From assembly GCA_014729775.1 (NCBI GenBank), contig WJJJ01000025.1, positions 53,790-117,789 of the forward strand: a stretch of 64,000 bases of DNA, given 5' to 3'. Position 1 is the stretch's first letter, and each line of letters begins with the position of its first letter. The position numbers were made by a program, and so were the translations under genes. Shown piece by piece: positions 18,006 through 27,051 of this stretch. The notes beneath the pieces were generated by a model. That model made no database searches. It had not been told where the DNA came from and worked only from the letters and a program-made list of their open reading frames with translations. Source of the stretch: Candidatus Omnitrophota bacterium (GTDB taxonomy: Bacteria > Omnitrophota > Gorgyraeia > Duberdicusellales > 4484-171).

Positions 18006-19937
18006 ATGAAATACCTCGAACAGATTGAACAATTTCTGAAAATGCTGAAAATCGGACTCACCCACGCGAGCATGTACTTTACCGAGCATCCGATCTATCA
18101 AAAAACCGTTCGGGAAGTGCACAGGGAGCTTCAGCAGGTACTGCGTGAAAAGAACCCTCTTCTCATCGGAGTCTCGCCCGATGCGCTGATCATCGACAAT
18201 CATGAATGGAAGAATTCCCGATTAACCGAGGATCTGGCGGTTTTTTTTCATACCCGCATGGTGAGCCGGATCGAATTCGTCGACGGAATAACAGAACAGG
18301 AGCTCCACACCTTTCTCTCGTATGTCTCCCTTTCGGCGCAGGAAATTTTAAGCCTGGGCGGCCTCGGAAAAATCTTCGAGGAAAAACAAGTCGCTCACGT
18401 CCATGTGTCTGATCTCGATTATTCTCACCTGCTGAAAAATGCGGGAGTGTACCATAAAGATATTTGGAAATATCTGCTCCGCAGCGCGGCCCGGAGCCAG
18501 AAGGACGAAGAAATGAAGGCGCTGATCGATAATTTTGAAACCGTCGTGAGTTCCCTCGGAAAGGAATTATTTCAAGAAGCAGAGTGCCGGGCTCAGCTCC
18601 GGGTTTTTTTGACGCACTTAAGCAAGAGTCAAAAAAGTACGTTAAAACAGTGCAGTAAGACCATCCTTCAGTATCTTTTGAGAGACCGCGATGCGGTTGA
18701 GGGTAAAATCCCGGTTGAGGATCTCCGAAATTTTCTCACCGTATTGTCGGATGCTGAATCAGCGGATATCCTGTGGGATGAGATCGCAAAAGGTCCTGAT
18801 TTTGATGCGAGTGCTTTTTCGTTCTTTCTGACCCTCTTGAGTTCGAAAAATCACGAGATTATCGCGGACAAAGTGCTGCACCGTTTGGATTCGGTGTCGA
18901 CCGAGAAAAAGCATCAAATGAAGTCCAGACTCGAAGATTTGTTTTCAACCGCGTTTTCTTCCGGCCCGCGGGAAGCCAGCCAGGTGTATCAGGAAGCGTT
19001 GTCCGCGATGTTTGAGGCGATGTCCGATGAGGGGCGATGGGTGTTTGACCGCGAGAATGCGCGCAAGAACTACCGGTATATTCTGCTGGCGCTGCTCGAT
19101 GAGAAAAAAAAATCCGAACAGATGCGGCGGATCGCGGAGAAGATTTCCGCGGAGACGATACACGCATTCGAAATTCGCGACCGCGGATATCTGGCGGCCT
19201 GTTTCTCTCTGCTCAAAAGGAAAGACGATTCCTTTCGGTCTGAACTGCAGGAAGGGCTGCGCGGGCTCGATGAATTCCTGGAAACAAAAGTGCTCCAAGG
19301 AGAGTATCCTTCCGGAATGGAACGCTATCTTTCCCGGCTAAAAAAAAGTTCCTATGGTCCGCGGACATACATTCAGAAAATCACCCAGGCTTCTTCTGTG
19401 TCCCCCGCGCTGCTCGATGCGTTTCTCCGCTTTTATCCGGGCGAGACCGGGAGACTGCTGGAAGAAGTGAAGACTCGGCAGGCACAGGCTTCTTACATGA
19501 CTTCGCTGGCGGAATCGGCCGCGGCGGCGGATTCCCCTTCGAGCCTGCGTATGCTGTGCGGGCTTTACCGCGATGCGCGGCTCTATCTGCGGCGGGTGAT
19601 TCTCCGGGTGATGCGCCGAATGAAACAATACGATATTGATTTTCTCTTTGAGGTTCTTTCTGGTTCAGAAGTTTTTCTCAAACGGGAGGCGCTGGCGATA
19701 CTTGCAGGTATACCCGGCGCGCGGGCACGCGCCGCGGAGATTTTATTTCGCGTCCCGAATCCGTTTGGTATCCGGGAGAATCTCCTCAGTTCCCATATCG
19801 CGCTCGCCGATGAATTTTCGCTTTCCGAGGCCCGGCCTTACCTGGAAAAATTATCGGGCCAGCTGTGGTTCTGGCATAATAAAACGAAACGGCACGCGCA
19901 GGAAGTGCTGCGTAAATGGCATGAAAAATCAGATTGA
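18006..19937 (+). CDS. hypothetical protein: HD-GYP-associated N-terminal (DUF3391-like) domain + long alpha-helical/HEAT-like C-terminus, no catalytic domain
   Basis: First ~130 aa align with the N-terminus of the downstream HD-GYP protein ('MYFTEHPIYQKTVREVHRELQQVL' vs 'MYTPEHKRFIEAVDGAYMELQKIL'; 'RIEFVDGITEQELHTF' vs 'KITFVRGVDKDELASA'). The remainder is helical, with 'ALAILAGIPGARARAAEILF' HEAT-like repeats. Confidence 0.6.
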   Translation: MKYLEQIEQFLKMLKIGLTHASMYFTEHPIYQKTVREVHRELQQVLREKNPLLIGVSPDALIIDNHEWKNSRLTEDLAVFFHTRMVSRIEFVDGITEQELHTFLSYVSLSAQEILSLGGLGKIFEEKQVAHVHVSDLDYSHLLKNAGVYHKDIWKYLLRSAARSQKDEEMKALIDNFETVVSSLGKELFQEAECRAQLRVFLTHLSKSQKSTLKQCSKTILQYLLRDRDAVEGKIPVEDLRNFLTVLSDAESADILWDEIAKGPDFDASAFSFFLTLLSSKNHEIIADKVLHRLDSVSTEKKHQMKSRLEDLFSTAFSSGPREASQVYQEALSAMFEAMSDEGRWVFDRENARKNYRYILLALLDEKKKSEQMRRIAEKISAETIHAFEIRDRGYLAACFSLLKRKDDSFRSELQEGLRGLDEFLETKVLQGEYPSGMERYLSRLKKSSYGPRTYIQKITQASSVSPALLDAFLRFYPGETGRLLEEVKTRQAQASYMTSLAESAAAADSPSSLRMLCGLYRDARLYLRRVILRVMRRMKQYDIDFLFEVLSGSEVFLKREALAILAGIPGARARAAEILFRVPNPFGIRENLLSSHIALADEFSLSEARPYLEKLSGQLWFWHNKTKRHAQEVLRKWHEKSD

Positions 19938-21243
19938 AAAATTCGTCAGAAGTATCTTCGCCGTGTTCCAGATCACGCAGATGTACACGCCGGAGCATAA
20001 AAGATTCATTGAGGCGGTGGATGGCGCGTACATGGAGCTGCAGAAAATTCTGCAGACCAGAGAGGACGTGACGGTAGGCATCGTGGGCGAGGAATTTACT
20101 ACAGGTGACGTAATACTGTTTGATCTGAGCAAAAAAACGAAGTCGTTTATCGTTTTTTTGAAAGACCGGGGCATTGAAAAGATCACTTTTGTCAGGGGTG
20201 TTGACAAAGATGAACTGGCGTCAGCGATCACGGCGATCTTCACCGTCGATCCTCATTCCGAAGCGGATATGCAAAAGGTGCTGGTTACGGAGGGGATTAC
20301 TCACATTAAAACGGGTACGATCAGCGCACCGCGTGATGAAGGGAAAAAGGTGTTTGCCCAGGAATACCATAACGCGTTGGAATCGGTCCGCAGCGCCCTG
20401 GGCAACATGCTTGAAGGCAAGGAGGTGAATGCGCTGGATCTGAAGTATTCGCTCGCCCATTTCGCGGAAAATATTCAGGTATGGCACAAGGAGTTTCGCA
20501 GGCTCCTGGCGGTCAAACAGCATGATCTGGGTACATTTTCACATATTCTCAATGTCGCGATCCTTTCGGTGTACTTTTCGGCCTGTCTCGGCTTTCGAAA
20601 GAATGACATGACCGAAATCGGAATTGCCGCACTGTTTCATGATATCGGCAAACAGTATATCTCGCGGTATATCATCAAGAAAACCCGCCGACTCACCGAT
20701 GAGGAATTCAAACAAATACAAAGTCACACCGTGCTGGGAGCAAACCTCCTCCTTCCTTATGAACCGGTGCTGGGTTTTCTCCCGGTCGTCGTCTGTTTCG
20801 AACATCATTTAGGGTATGACCGGCAGGGCTATCCCCGAACGCCGTACAACCGGCATCCGCATATCGCCTCTCAAATCGTGACGATATGCGATGTGTATGA
20901 CGCGCTGATGCAGAGACGGTCTTATAAGCGGGATTATCCTCCCCGATTTATTTACGATCTTATGATGCGCGATAAGGGACGGCAATTTCACCCGCTGCTC
21001 ATAGAGAAATTTTTTCAGTTCATGGGAATTTGGGCGGTGGGCACGATCGTGGAACTGAATGATAAGCGTGTCGGGATCGTACGCCGGGAAAATCAGGGGG
21101 ATATCCGCTCTCCCTGGGTGCAAATAATTTCGCCGGCACCTGAAAAGGAGCTTTTGAATCTTGAAAAAGAGACGCCCCGGCTCTATATCCAGAAAGCGCT
21201 GAATCCCATGAAGGAAGGGAAGCGATACCTTTCTTTCTTGTAG
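19921..21243 (+). CDS. HD-GYP domain c-di-GMP phosphodiesterase with DUF3391-like N-terminal domain
   Basis: ATG at 19921 (17-nt overlap with the upstream gene). HD motif 'LFHDIGK', 'FEHHLGYDRQGYPRT' (HD-GYP signature), 'CDVYDALMQRRSYK'. Confidence 0.85.
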   Translation: MKNQIEKFVRSIFAVFQITQMYTPEHKRFIEAVDGAYMELQKILQTREDVTVGIVGEEFTTGDVILFDLSKKTKSFIVFLKDRGIEKITFVRGVDKDELASAITAIFTVDPHSEADMQKVLVTEGITHIKTGTISAPRDEGKKVFAQEYHNALESVRSALGNMLEGKEVNALDLKYSLAHFAENIQVWHKEFRRLLAVKQHDLGTFSHILNVAILSVYFSACLGFRKNDMTEIGIAALFHDIGKQYISRYIIKKTRRLTDEEFKQIQSHTVLGANLLLPYEPVLGFLPVVVCFEHHLGYDRQGYPRTPYNRHPHIASQIVTICDVYDALMQRRSYKRDYPPRFIYDLMMRDKGRQFHPLLIEKFFQFMGIWAVGTIVELNDKRVGIVRRENQGDIRSPWVQIISPAPEKELLNLEKETPRLYIQKALNPMKEGKRYLSFL

Positions 21244-21258
21244 AACCCGGAGAAAAGG

Positions 21259-21287
21259 TTTGCCGGGCGTACTAAATATGATATATT
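21259..21287 (+). promoter_or_regulatory. sigma70-like promoter TTTGCC-N17-TATATT placing TSS at or next to the RR start codon (leaderless candidate)
   Basis: 'tttgcc' 21259-64, 17-nt spacer, 'tatatt' 21282-87; the RR ATG is at 21295. Confidence 0.3.
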
Positions 21288-21294
21288 GTATACC

Positions 21295-21663
21295 ATGAAC
21301 GCCGCGCAAAAACCAGTGTTGGTAGTCGATGACGAAAAAGAAATCGTTGATTTCCTTGAGAAGTTCATTTCCCGGTTCGGGTATAGGGTCGAAAAGGTGA
21401 CCAGCGGGGAAGCCGCACTCGCGTTCATTGAATCGCACGGCGCACGCTGTGTGTTCTTGGACATACAAATGGGAGGGGTCGATGGTATCGAAGTACTGCG
21501 CCGGATCAAGAAAACGTATCCCGATATCACCGTAATCATGATTACCGGTAAGGCAGAAAAAGAGGTTCAGACGAAAGCAAAACGATACGGAGCCGCTACC
21601 TATATTACCAAACCCCTGGATCTGGAAGATTTGAGCCGGAGAATTAAGGAATATCTAGTATAA
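21295..21663 (+). CDS. single-domain response regulator (CheY-like)
   Basis: 'VLVVDDEKEIVDF', phospho-Asp in 'VFLDIQMGG', 'TKPL'. ATG at 21295; the track start at 21286 is TTG. Confidence 0.85.
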   Translation: MNAAQKPVLVVDDEKEIVDFLEKFISRFGYRVEKVTSGEAALAFIESHGARCVFLDIQMGGVDGIEVLRRIKKTYPDITVIMITGKAEKEVQTKAKRYGAATYITKPLDLEDLSRRIKEYLV

Positions 21664-21681
21664 CTTCAATTCGAACCCCAG

Positions 21682-22860
21682 ATGACCGTCGATTACCAGC
21701 AAGATCTCGAAAAAGCCGCGCGCCAGATGATTCTGATTCATCGCTCGAGTACTCTGACCCGGCTTATTCTGCGTACGATCGTTGCGAAAGTAAAGGTGGA
21801 ACACGCAGGCTTGTTTATATACGACAAACAGCGGGACGAATATGTGGTCAAAGTTTCCCGGGGAGCCACGGGAATGAAAATTCCTTCCGGATTCGTGAAA
21901 ATATCGCAGGAAAATTCGCTCATAAGGTATTTTCGCGAGCCTTCCCTGCCCTATCCCAAAGACAGTATTCTCTGGTCGTCCTTGAACGGATATCTCCGAT
22001 CAGCGAAACGCCGGAAGAACGAGGAATTAGTGAATTTTTTGGAAGATCTGCGGATGACCTTGTCTTTATACCAAGCCCGTGCATGCGTGCCGGGATTCTT
22101 CCGTAAGGAACTGGTCGGCGTGCTTTTTTTAGGGGAGAAGACCGATCAACAGGGACTCTCCAAGGAAGAACTGGGATATCTTTCCGTCCTCGCCTCGGAC
22201 GTCGTGATGGCGATCAAGAATGCCTGGTTGATCGAGGATCTCAATCAACAGGTCGAAGTGAATAAGCGGCTGTTCGTACAGACGGTTTCGGCGCTGGCTT
22301 CGAGCATTGAAGCGAAAGACATGTATACGATCGGCCACACTGAACGGGTCGTGGAGAAAAGTCTGGAGATCGCCCGGCAGATGCGGCGGCGCAAAAGGAT
22401 CCGGAATTGGGAATCGTTTTTGGAGAATTTGAGGGTAGCGGCGCTGCTTCACGATATCGGAAAAATCGGCATACCGGAAAAGATCCTGAATAAAAAGAAG
22501 TGGCTCAACGAAAAGGAGCGGGGCGTGATTGAAAGGCATCCTCTCATCGGAGCCAAGATCCTGCAGCAGGTGGAGGAAATGAAAGATGCGCTCTTGGGCG
22601 TAAAGCACCACCATGAACGCTACGATGGAAAAGGGTATCCTTCCGGATTGCGGGGAAAAGAAATCCCCCTTACTGCGGCGATAATCGCGGTCGCCGATTC
22701 GTTTGACGCGATGATTATCGACCGGCCGTACCGAAAGGGCCTCCGGCTCAGCGAAGCTTTGGAGGAGATCCGCAAGAACCGGGGTAAGCAGTTCGCGCCG
22801 GCCGTCGTCGATGCCTTTTTGTCCTTGTACGCGGTCCCGGCAAAAAAGAAAAGAAAATGA
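21682..22860 (+). CDS. GAF-like + HD-GYP domain protein (c-di-GMP phosphodiesterase)
   Basis: 'GHTERVVEKSLEIA', 'LLHDIGKIGIPE', 'HHHERYDGKGYPSGL', 'ADSFDAMIIDRPYRK'. Confidence 0.85.
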   Translation: MTVDYQQDLEKAARQMILIHRSSTLTRLILRTIVAKVKVEHAGLFIYDKQRDEYVVKVSRGATGMKIPSGFVKISQENSLIRYFREPSLPYPKDSILWSSLNGYLRSAKRRKNEELVNFLEDLRMTLSLYQARACVPGFFRKELVGVLFLGEKTDQQGLSKEELGYLSVLASDVVMAIKNAWLIEDLNQQVEVNKRLFVQTVSALASSIEAKDMYTIGHTERVVEKSLEIARQMRRRKRIRNWESFLENLRVAALLHDIGKIGIPEKILNKKKWLNEKERGVIERHPLIGAKILQQVEEMKDALLGVKHHHERYDGKGYPSGLRGKEIPLTAAIIAVADSFDAMIIDRPYRKGLRLSEALEEIRKNRGKQFAPAVVDAFLSLYAVPAKKKRK

Positions 22861-24020
22861 GATCCGCTGTTGAGAATACGCAGGGGGATACCGCAAAAAA
22901 GAAACGAAGCATCATTGTGTTTTATATTTCCGAATTCGGCGGGCACAGCCGGGCTGCCAAGAATATCCGCGAAGCGCTGCTCATGCGGGATCCCGGCCTG
23001 GCTGTCCACAGGATCAACGGGGCAAAATATTTTTATCCCGTATGGGAGCGTATCGTCGATTTTATCTATACCCGCGTCATCGTCCATTCGCCGCATTTGT
23101 GGGGCAGGGTATATGACCGGGAAAAAGTCATTCGCCGTCTTTCCCCGGTACGAAGGGTCGTAAACCGTTTGGCATTCGGAAAGGTGAAACGGCTGCTGCG
23201 CCGGAAAAGGCCCGATTGCATCGTGGCGACCCAGGCGTTTCCCTGCGGAGTGATTGCCGATTACAAACTTGCTTACGAAGTAGATGTTCCGCTGATCGCG
23301 GTGGTGACCGATTATTATCCTCATCGCTTCTGGGTGCACCCGGCCATCACCCATTATGTGGTGGCCTGCCCGGAAGCCAAGGATATTTTGTGCCGGGAAG
23401 GGGTTCCGGAAGAAAAAATCAAGATTCTGGGAATTCCGATTTCGGTGAAGTTTCTCCAGTCATTCTCAAAGGAAGCGGTTGCTCGTGCCTACGGATTCAA
23501 TCCCCACCTGCCCTCGCTGCTGCTCATGGGCGGAGGATTAGGACTTGGCCCTTTGAAAATGATTGCCGGCGATATCGATTCTCTCCCGTATGAGTTTCAA
23601 ATTATTGTGGTGTGCGGACGCAATCACGGGCTCTATCAGTGGTTTTGCTCGCGCCGGAGAAAATTCCGTAAGCCGGTATATTGTTTTCGGTACGTTGATT
23701 TCGTGCATGAATTGATGGATTTCGCCGACATTATCGTGACCAAAGGAGGGGGGATTACCGTGTCGGAAGCCCTGGCAAAAGGACTTGCGATGCTGATTAC
23801 CAATCCGATTCCGGGTCAGGAAGAACGCAATGTTGCCTATCTGGCGCGTACCCAGGCGGTTTTGCGGATGCGGAATCCTCAAGAGATCGCCGAGGCCGTG
23901 CAACGGCTGTTTACCGAAAAAGGGGAATTGTACCGTCTTAAGGAACGGGCTAAGGATATCGCGGTGATTGATTCATCCGTACGAATCGTTGATCTGATAT
24001 TGAGCGAATTGCGGGGATAA
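22857..24020 (+). CDS. diacylglycerol glycosyltransferase, MGDG-synthase/UgtP-like (GT28 family)
   Basis: N-terminal 'IIVFYISEFGGHSRAAKNIREAL' MGDG_synth-type domain plus C-terminal GT-B domain ('VTKGGGITVSEALAKGLAMLI'). ATGA overlap with the upstream gene. Confidence 0.7.
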   Translation: MRSAVENTQGDTAKKKRSIIVFYISEFGGHSRAAKNIREALLMRDPGLAVHRINGAKYFYPVWERIVDFIYTRVIVHSPHLWGRVYDREKVIRRLSPVRRVVNRLAFGKVKRLLRRKRPDCIVATQAFPCGVIADYKLAYEVDVPLIAVVTDYYPHRFWVHPAITHYVVACPEAKDILCREGVPEEKIKILGIPISVKFLQSFSKEAVARAYGFNPHLPSLLLMGGGLGLGPLKMIAGDIDSLPYEFQIIVVCGRNHGLYQWFCSRRRKFRKPVYCFRYVDFVHELMDFADIIVTKGGGITVSEALAKGLAMLITNPIPGQEERNVAYLARTQAVLRMRNPQEIAEAVQRLFTEKGELYRLKERAKDIAVIDSSVRIVDLILSELRG

Positions 24021-24026
24021 CCGGCT

Positions 24027-24884
24027 ATGTATGTGCTTTTTTTCCTGGGAAAAATCATCGCGTTGAGCCTTCCCCGGCCGGCCCGTTACCGGTTCGCGAA
24101 AATGTGCTCTCTGCTTCAGTACCGGTTTTCCCGCAGAGACCGCGAGACCGTTCGAAATAATTTGCTCCCGGTTATCGGTCCGGAGGAACGAGAAAGATAC
24201 ACTCGGCGGGTATTTGTCAATTTCGGTTACTATCTGGCCGACTTTTTCACCTATTCCCGTATTACTCCGGCGTTTTTAAAAAAATACGTCACCGTGGAAG
24301 GGGAGGCGAATCTCCGCCAGGCGATGGCCCGCGGCAGGGGTGTGATCGCGCTCACGGCTCATTTGGGAAACTACGAACTCGGCGGCGCCGTTGTTGCCCT
24401 GCGCGGGTATCCTTTCTGCGCCGTCGCGCTCCCTCACAAAGTACAAAAAGTAAACGAATTTTTCAACGCACAGCGAAAACGAGTGGGGATAGAAGTGATC
24501 CCGACGGGTATCGCGGTCAAACGGTGCCTGAAACGGCTGCGGGAAGGCAAGATCATCGCTTTTCTGGGAGACCGGGATTTTTTCGGCGGAGGGATTGCGA
24601 CCCCCCTCTGCGGAGAGCGGGCGATACTGCCGAAGGGCGCGGCCTATTTTGCGCAAAAAACCGGGGCGGCGATCGTACCCAGTTTTTTCGTGCGGGATTC
24701 GCTCTATCATTACCGTCTGATATTCGAGCCTCCCATTTTCACTGAGCGGCACATGAGTGAAAACCAGATACTTCGGCAATTCGCGCCCGTGCTGGAACGC
24801 TACATTCGCGCTTTTGCGGATCAGTGGTACATGTTCGGGCCGTTTTGGGAAAAAGACGTCAAGGATGCAAATGGATATTCGTAA
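24027..24884 (+). CDS. lipid A biosynthesis (Kdo2-lipid IVA) acyltransferase family protein (LpxL/HtrB-like)
   Basis: 'ALTAHLGNYELGG' matches the HxGNWE H(X)4E motif of the Lip_A_acyltrans family; 285 aa. Confidence 0.65.
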   Translation: MYVLFFLGKIIALSLPRPARYRFAKMCSLLQYRFSRRDRETVRNNLLPVIGPEERERYTRRVFVNFGYYLADFFTYSRITPAFLKKYVTVEGEANLRQAMARGRGVIALTAHLGNYELGGAVVALRGYPFCAVALPHKVQKVNEFFNAQRKRVGIEVIPTGIAVKRCLKRLREGKIIAFLGDRDFFGGGIATPLCGERAILPKGAAYFAQKTGAAIVPSFFVRDSLYHYRLIFEPPIFTERHMSENQILRQFAPVLERYIRAFADQWYMFGPFWEKDVKDANGYS

Positions 24885-25551
24885 TGTATGGGCGGTAGTG
24901 CCGGCGTACAACGAAGGGAGGAAACTGTACGGGATTGTTTCCGAACTTAAACGCCGCCGGCTCTCGGTGCTGGTAGTCGATGACGGCTCCACCGATGATT
25001 CGGCGAAAATTGCCAGAGCCGCCGGCGCCGACAAGATTATTTCACACCCGAAAAATTTGGGGAAAGGACGATCGATTAAAATCGCGATCGCGTATCTATG
25101 TGCGTCAACCGATTTCGAATATATGGTCACTCTGGACGGAGACGGACAACATGCTCCCGGCGACCTTCCCGTATTTTTTTCCGCAGCGGCTCAGGGGTGT
25201 GATTTTGTAGTCGGCAATCGAATGGCCAATCACCGCGGCATGCCGAGACTGAGAGTGGCGACTAACCGGGTGATGTCCTGGATGATTTCCCGGATTACCG
25301 GCCAGTACATTCCCGATACTCAGTGCGGGTATCGGTTGATCCGCAAAGAAGTGCTGGAGCATATTCAGATACGCACGACTAAATTCGAAATCGAATCGGA
25401 AATACTGCTGAAGGCAGCCCGGAAAGGATATCGAATTCACAGCGTGCCCATTCAAAGCATTTATTTCCAGGGGTATGAGAGTAATATTCATCCGGTATTT
25501 GACACGATTCGTTTTTTTCGGTTTTTAATCAAGGCCGTCAAATTCAAGTGA
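24865..25551 (+). CDS. family 2 glycosyltransferase, polyprenyl-phosphate glycosyltransferase (Dpm1/ArnC/GtrB-like)
   Basis: ATG at 24865 ('MQMDIRNVWAVVPAYNEG'), 'VVDDGSTDDS', 'LDGDGQH' DxD-type motif; about 228 aa; 20-nt overlap with the upstream gene. Confidence 0.8.
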   Translation: MQMDIRNVWAVVPAYNEGRKLYGIVSELKRRRLSVLVVDDGSTDDSAKIARAAGADKIISHPKNLGKGRSIKIAIAYLCASTDFEYMVTLDGDGQHAPGDLPVFFSAAAQGCDFVVGNRMANHRGMPRLRVATNRVMSWMISRITGQYIPDTQCGYRLIRKEVLEHIQIRTTKFEIESEILLKAARKGYRIHSVPIQSIYFQGYESNIHPVFDTIRFFRFLIKAVKFK

Positions 25552-26070
25552 ATGGAATGGATCCGGACAGAACTTTTTGAGGCCGTGACGGGGACTTTTT
25601 CTCCCCCGGTCGCGGTGACGGTGAGCGCGATGCTTCCGGTGTTTGAGCTGCGGCTCGCAGTTCCGCTGGGAATACTGCAGTTTCGTTTGCCGGTGTGGGA
25701 GGTGTATACGCTGGCCGTGGTCGGCAATCTGGTTCCGGTACTGCCCCTGCTTTTCTTTCTGTCTTTTTTCTTTCACGGCGTACAGCAAGTGCCGGTATTC
25801 GGCCGTCTCTTCCGGTGGTGGTTCGAAAGGGTGGAGCGAAAGTCGCAGAGAGTCCGCCGTTGGGGGTTTTGGGGGTTGGTGCTGATGGTGGCGATTCCGC
25901 TGCCGATGACCGGTGCCTGGACGGGATGTGCGGCCGCGGCATTGCTTGAAGTTCCCCTGCGCAGAGCGGTAGCCGCAATTACGCTTGGGGTTCTGTGCGC
26001 GGGAGCGGCGGTCACTCTTTTGAGCGTGGGGGCGGGTGGTATCGTGACGCGCTGGTTCCTGCCGAACTGA
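25552..26070 (+). CDS. small integral membrane protein (possibly COG2426/small-multidrug-export-like)
   Basis: 4 predicted TM helices. ATG directly abuts the GT2 stop (tgaATG), so it is operonic with the GT2 gene. Confidence 0.55.
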   Translation: MEWIRTELFEAVTGTFSPPVAVTVSAMLPVFELRLAVPLGILQFRLPVWEVYTLAVVGNLVPVLPLLFFLSFFFHGVQQVPVFGRLFRWWFERVERKSQRVRRWGFWGLVLMVAIPLPMTGAWTGCAAAALLEVPLRRAVAAITLGVLCAGAAVTLLSVGAGGIVTRWFLPN

Positions 26071-26084
26071 AAAGGAGAAAAATC

Positions 26085-26113
26085 TTTACAAATCAAAAGA
26101 GCCGATGTATAAT
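26085..26113 (+). promoter_or_regulatory. near-consensus sigma70-type promoter (TTTACA-N17-TATAAT) upstream of hisG
   Basis: -35 'tttaca' at 26085-26090, 17-nt spacer, -10 'tataat' at 26108-26113, about 28 nt before the hisG ATG. Confidence 0.45.
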
Positions 26114-26140
26114 CTTTAACTTTCGGGATTGGATGGGGAT

Positions 26141-27028
26141 ATGACGAAAAAACGCAATAAATTAACGCTCGGGATACCGAAGGGAAGTCTCCAGAATAAG
26201 ACGCTGGAAATTTTCAAAATGGCGGGATTTGATTTTTACGTGAGTCCCCGTTCCTACTTCCCCACCGTGGATGATCCCGAACTGAGATCGATATTGATCC
26301 GTGCTCAGGAAATGTCGCGGTACGTCGAAGAAGGACTGCTTGACTGCGGCATTACCGGTGAAGACTGGATTCTGGAGAATAATTCCCGCGTGACCCGTCT
26401 GGCGGAATTAAAATACGCCAAGCGTACGTTGCAGCCGGTTCGGTGGGTGATCGCGGTGAGAGAGGATTCCAAGATCCGGACATTGACCGACTTGGGCGGC
26501 AAGAGGATCGCGACCGAGCTGGTAAATTACACCAAAAAGTATTTCAGACAGCGGAAGATTCCGGTGGAGGTGGAATTCAGCTGGGGCGCGACTGAAGTGA
26601 AGGTGAAAAGCGGACTGGTCGACGCCATTGTCGAGCTTACCGAAACCGGCGAAAGTCTCAGAGCGAATAACCTGAAAGAGATCGCAACGATATCTGAATC
26701 CACCACGCGGTTTATCGCCAACAAACAGGCTCTGAAGGATCCATGGAAAAAAAAGAAAATGGATCATTTACTCCTGCTTCTGCGGGGTGCGCTTGAATCC
26801 CGCGACAAAGTGGGGCTCAAATTGAATGTGCGGGAGAAAGATCTTGACCGGGTTCTTGATTTGCTTCCCGCATTGAAAGAGCCGACCGTTTCTTCTCTCA
26901 CCCTGAAGGGATGGGTCGCGTGCGAGGTGATTCTGGAAGAGAAAGAGGTGCGTAATTTGCTGCCTTTGTTGAAGGAGAACGGTGCTCAGGGGATTATCGA
27001 GTATCCGTTGAATAAAGTTTTGTATTAG
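26141..27028 (+). CDS. hisG: ATP phosphoribosyltransferase, long form
   Basis: 'LTLGIPKGSLQNKTLEIFKMAGFD' HisG N-terminus; 296 aa including the C-terminal regulatory domain. ATG at 26141; the track start at 26129 is TTG. Confidence 0.9.
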   Translation: MTKKRNKLTLGIPKGSLQNKTLEIFKMAGFDFYVSPRSYFPTVDDPELRSILIRAQEMSRYVEEGLLDCGITGEDWILENNSRVTRLAELKYAKRTLQPVRWVIAVREDSKIRTLTDLGGKRIATELVNYTKKYFRQRKIPVEVEFSWGATEVKVKSGLVDAIVELTETGESLRANNLKEIATISESTTRFIANKQALKDPWKKKKMDHLLLLLRGALESRDKVGLKLNVREKDLDRVLDLLPALKEPTVSSLTLKGWVACEVILEEKEVRNLLPLLKENGAQGIIEYPLNKVLY

Positions 27029-27051
27029 CGCAGAGGATCGAAGGAGTATCT

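Noticed and set aside
20809-21843. Minus-strand ORFs of 219, 118 and 199 aa
   Set aside because: They overlap HD-GYP/RR (20809..21468, 21183..21539) and tig/clpP (61244..61843) coding regions on the opposite strand. The + strand genes have strong motif and RBS support.
22129-23354. Two long minus-strand ORFs (255 and 244 aa)
   Set aside because: They are antisense to the GAF-HD-GYP and GT28-like genes, whose + strand products carry clear catalytic motifs.
24276-25130. 284-aa minus-strand ORF
   Set aside because: Antisense to the LpxL-like and GT2 genes; its composition is Arg/Pro/Ser-rich, typical of an out-of-frame GC-rich reading.
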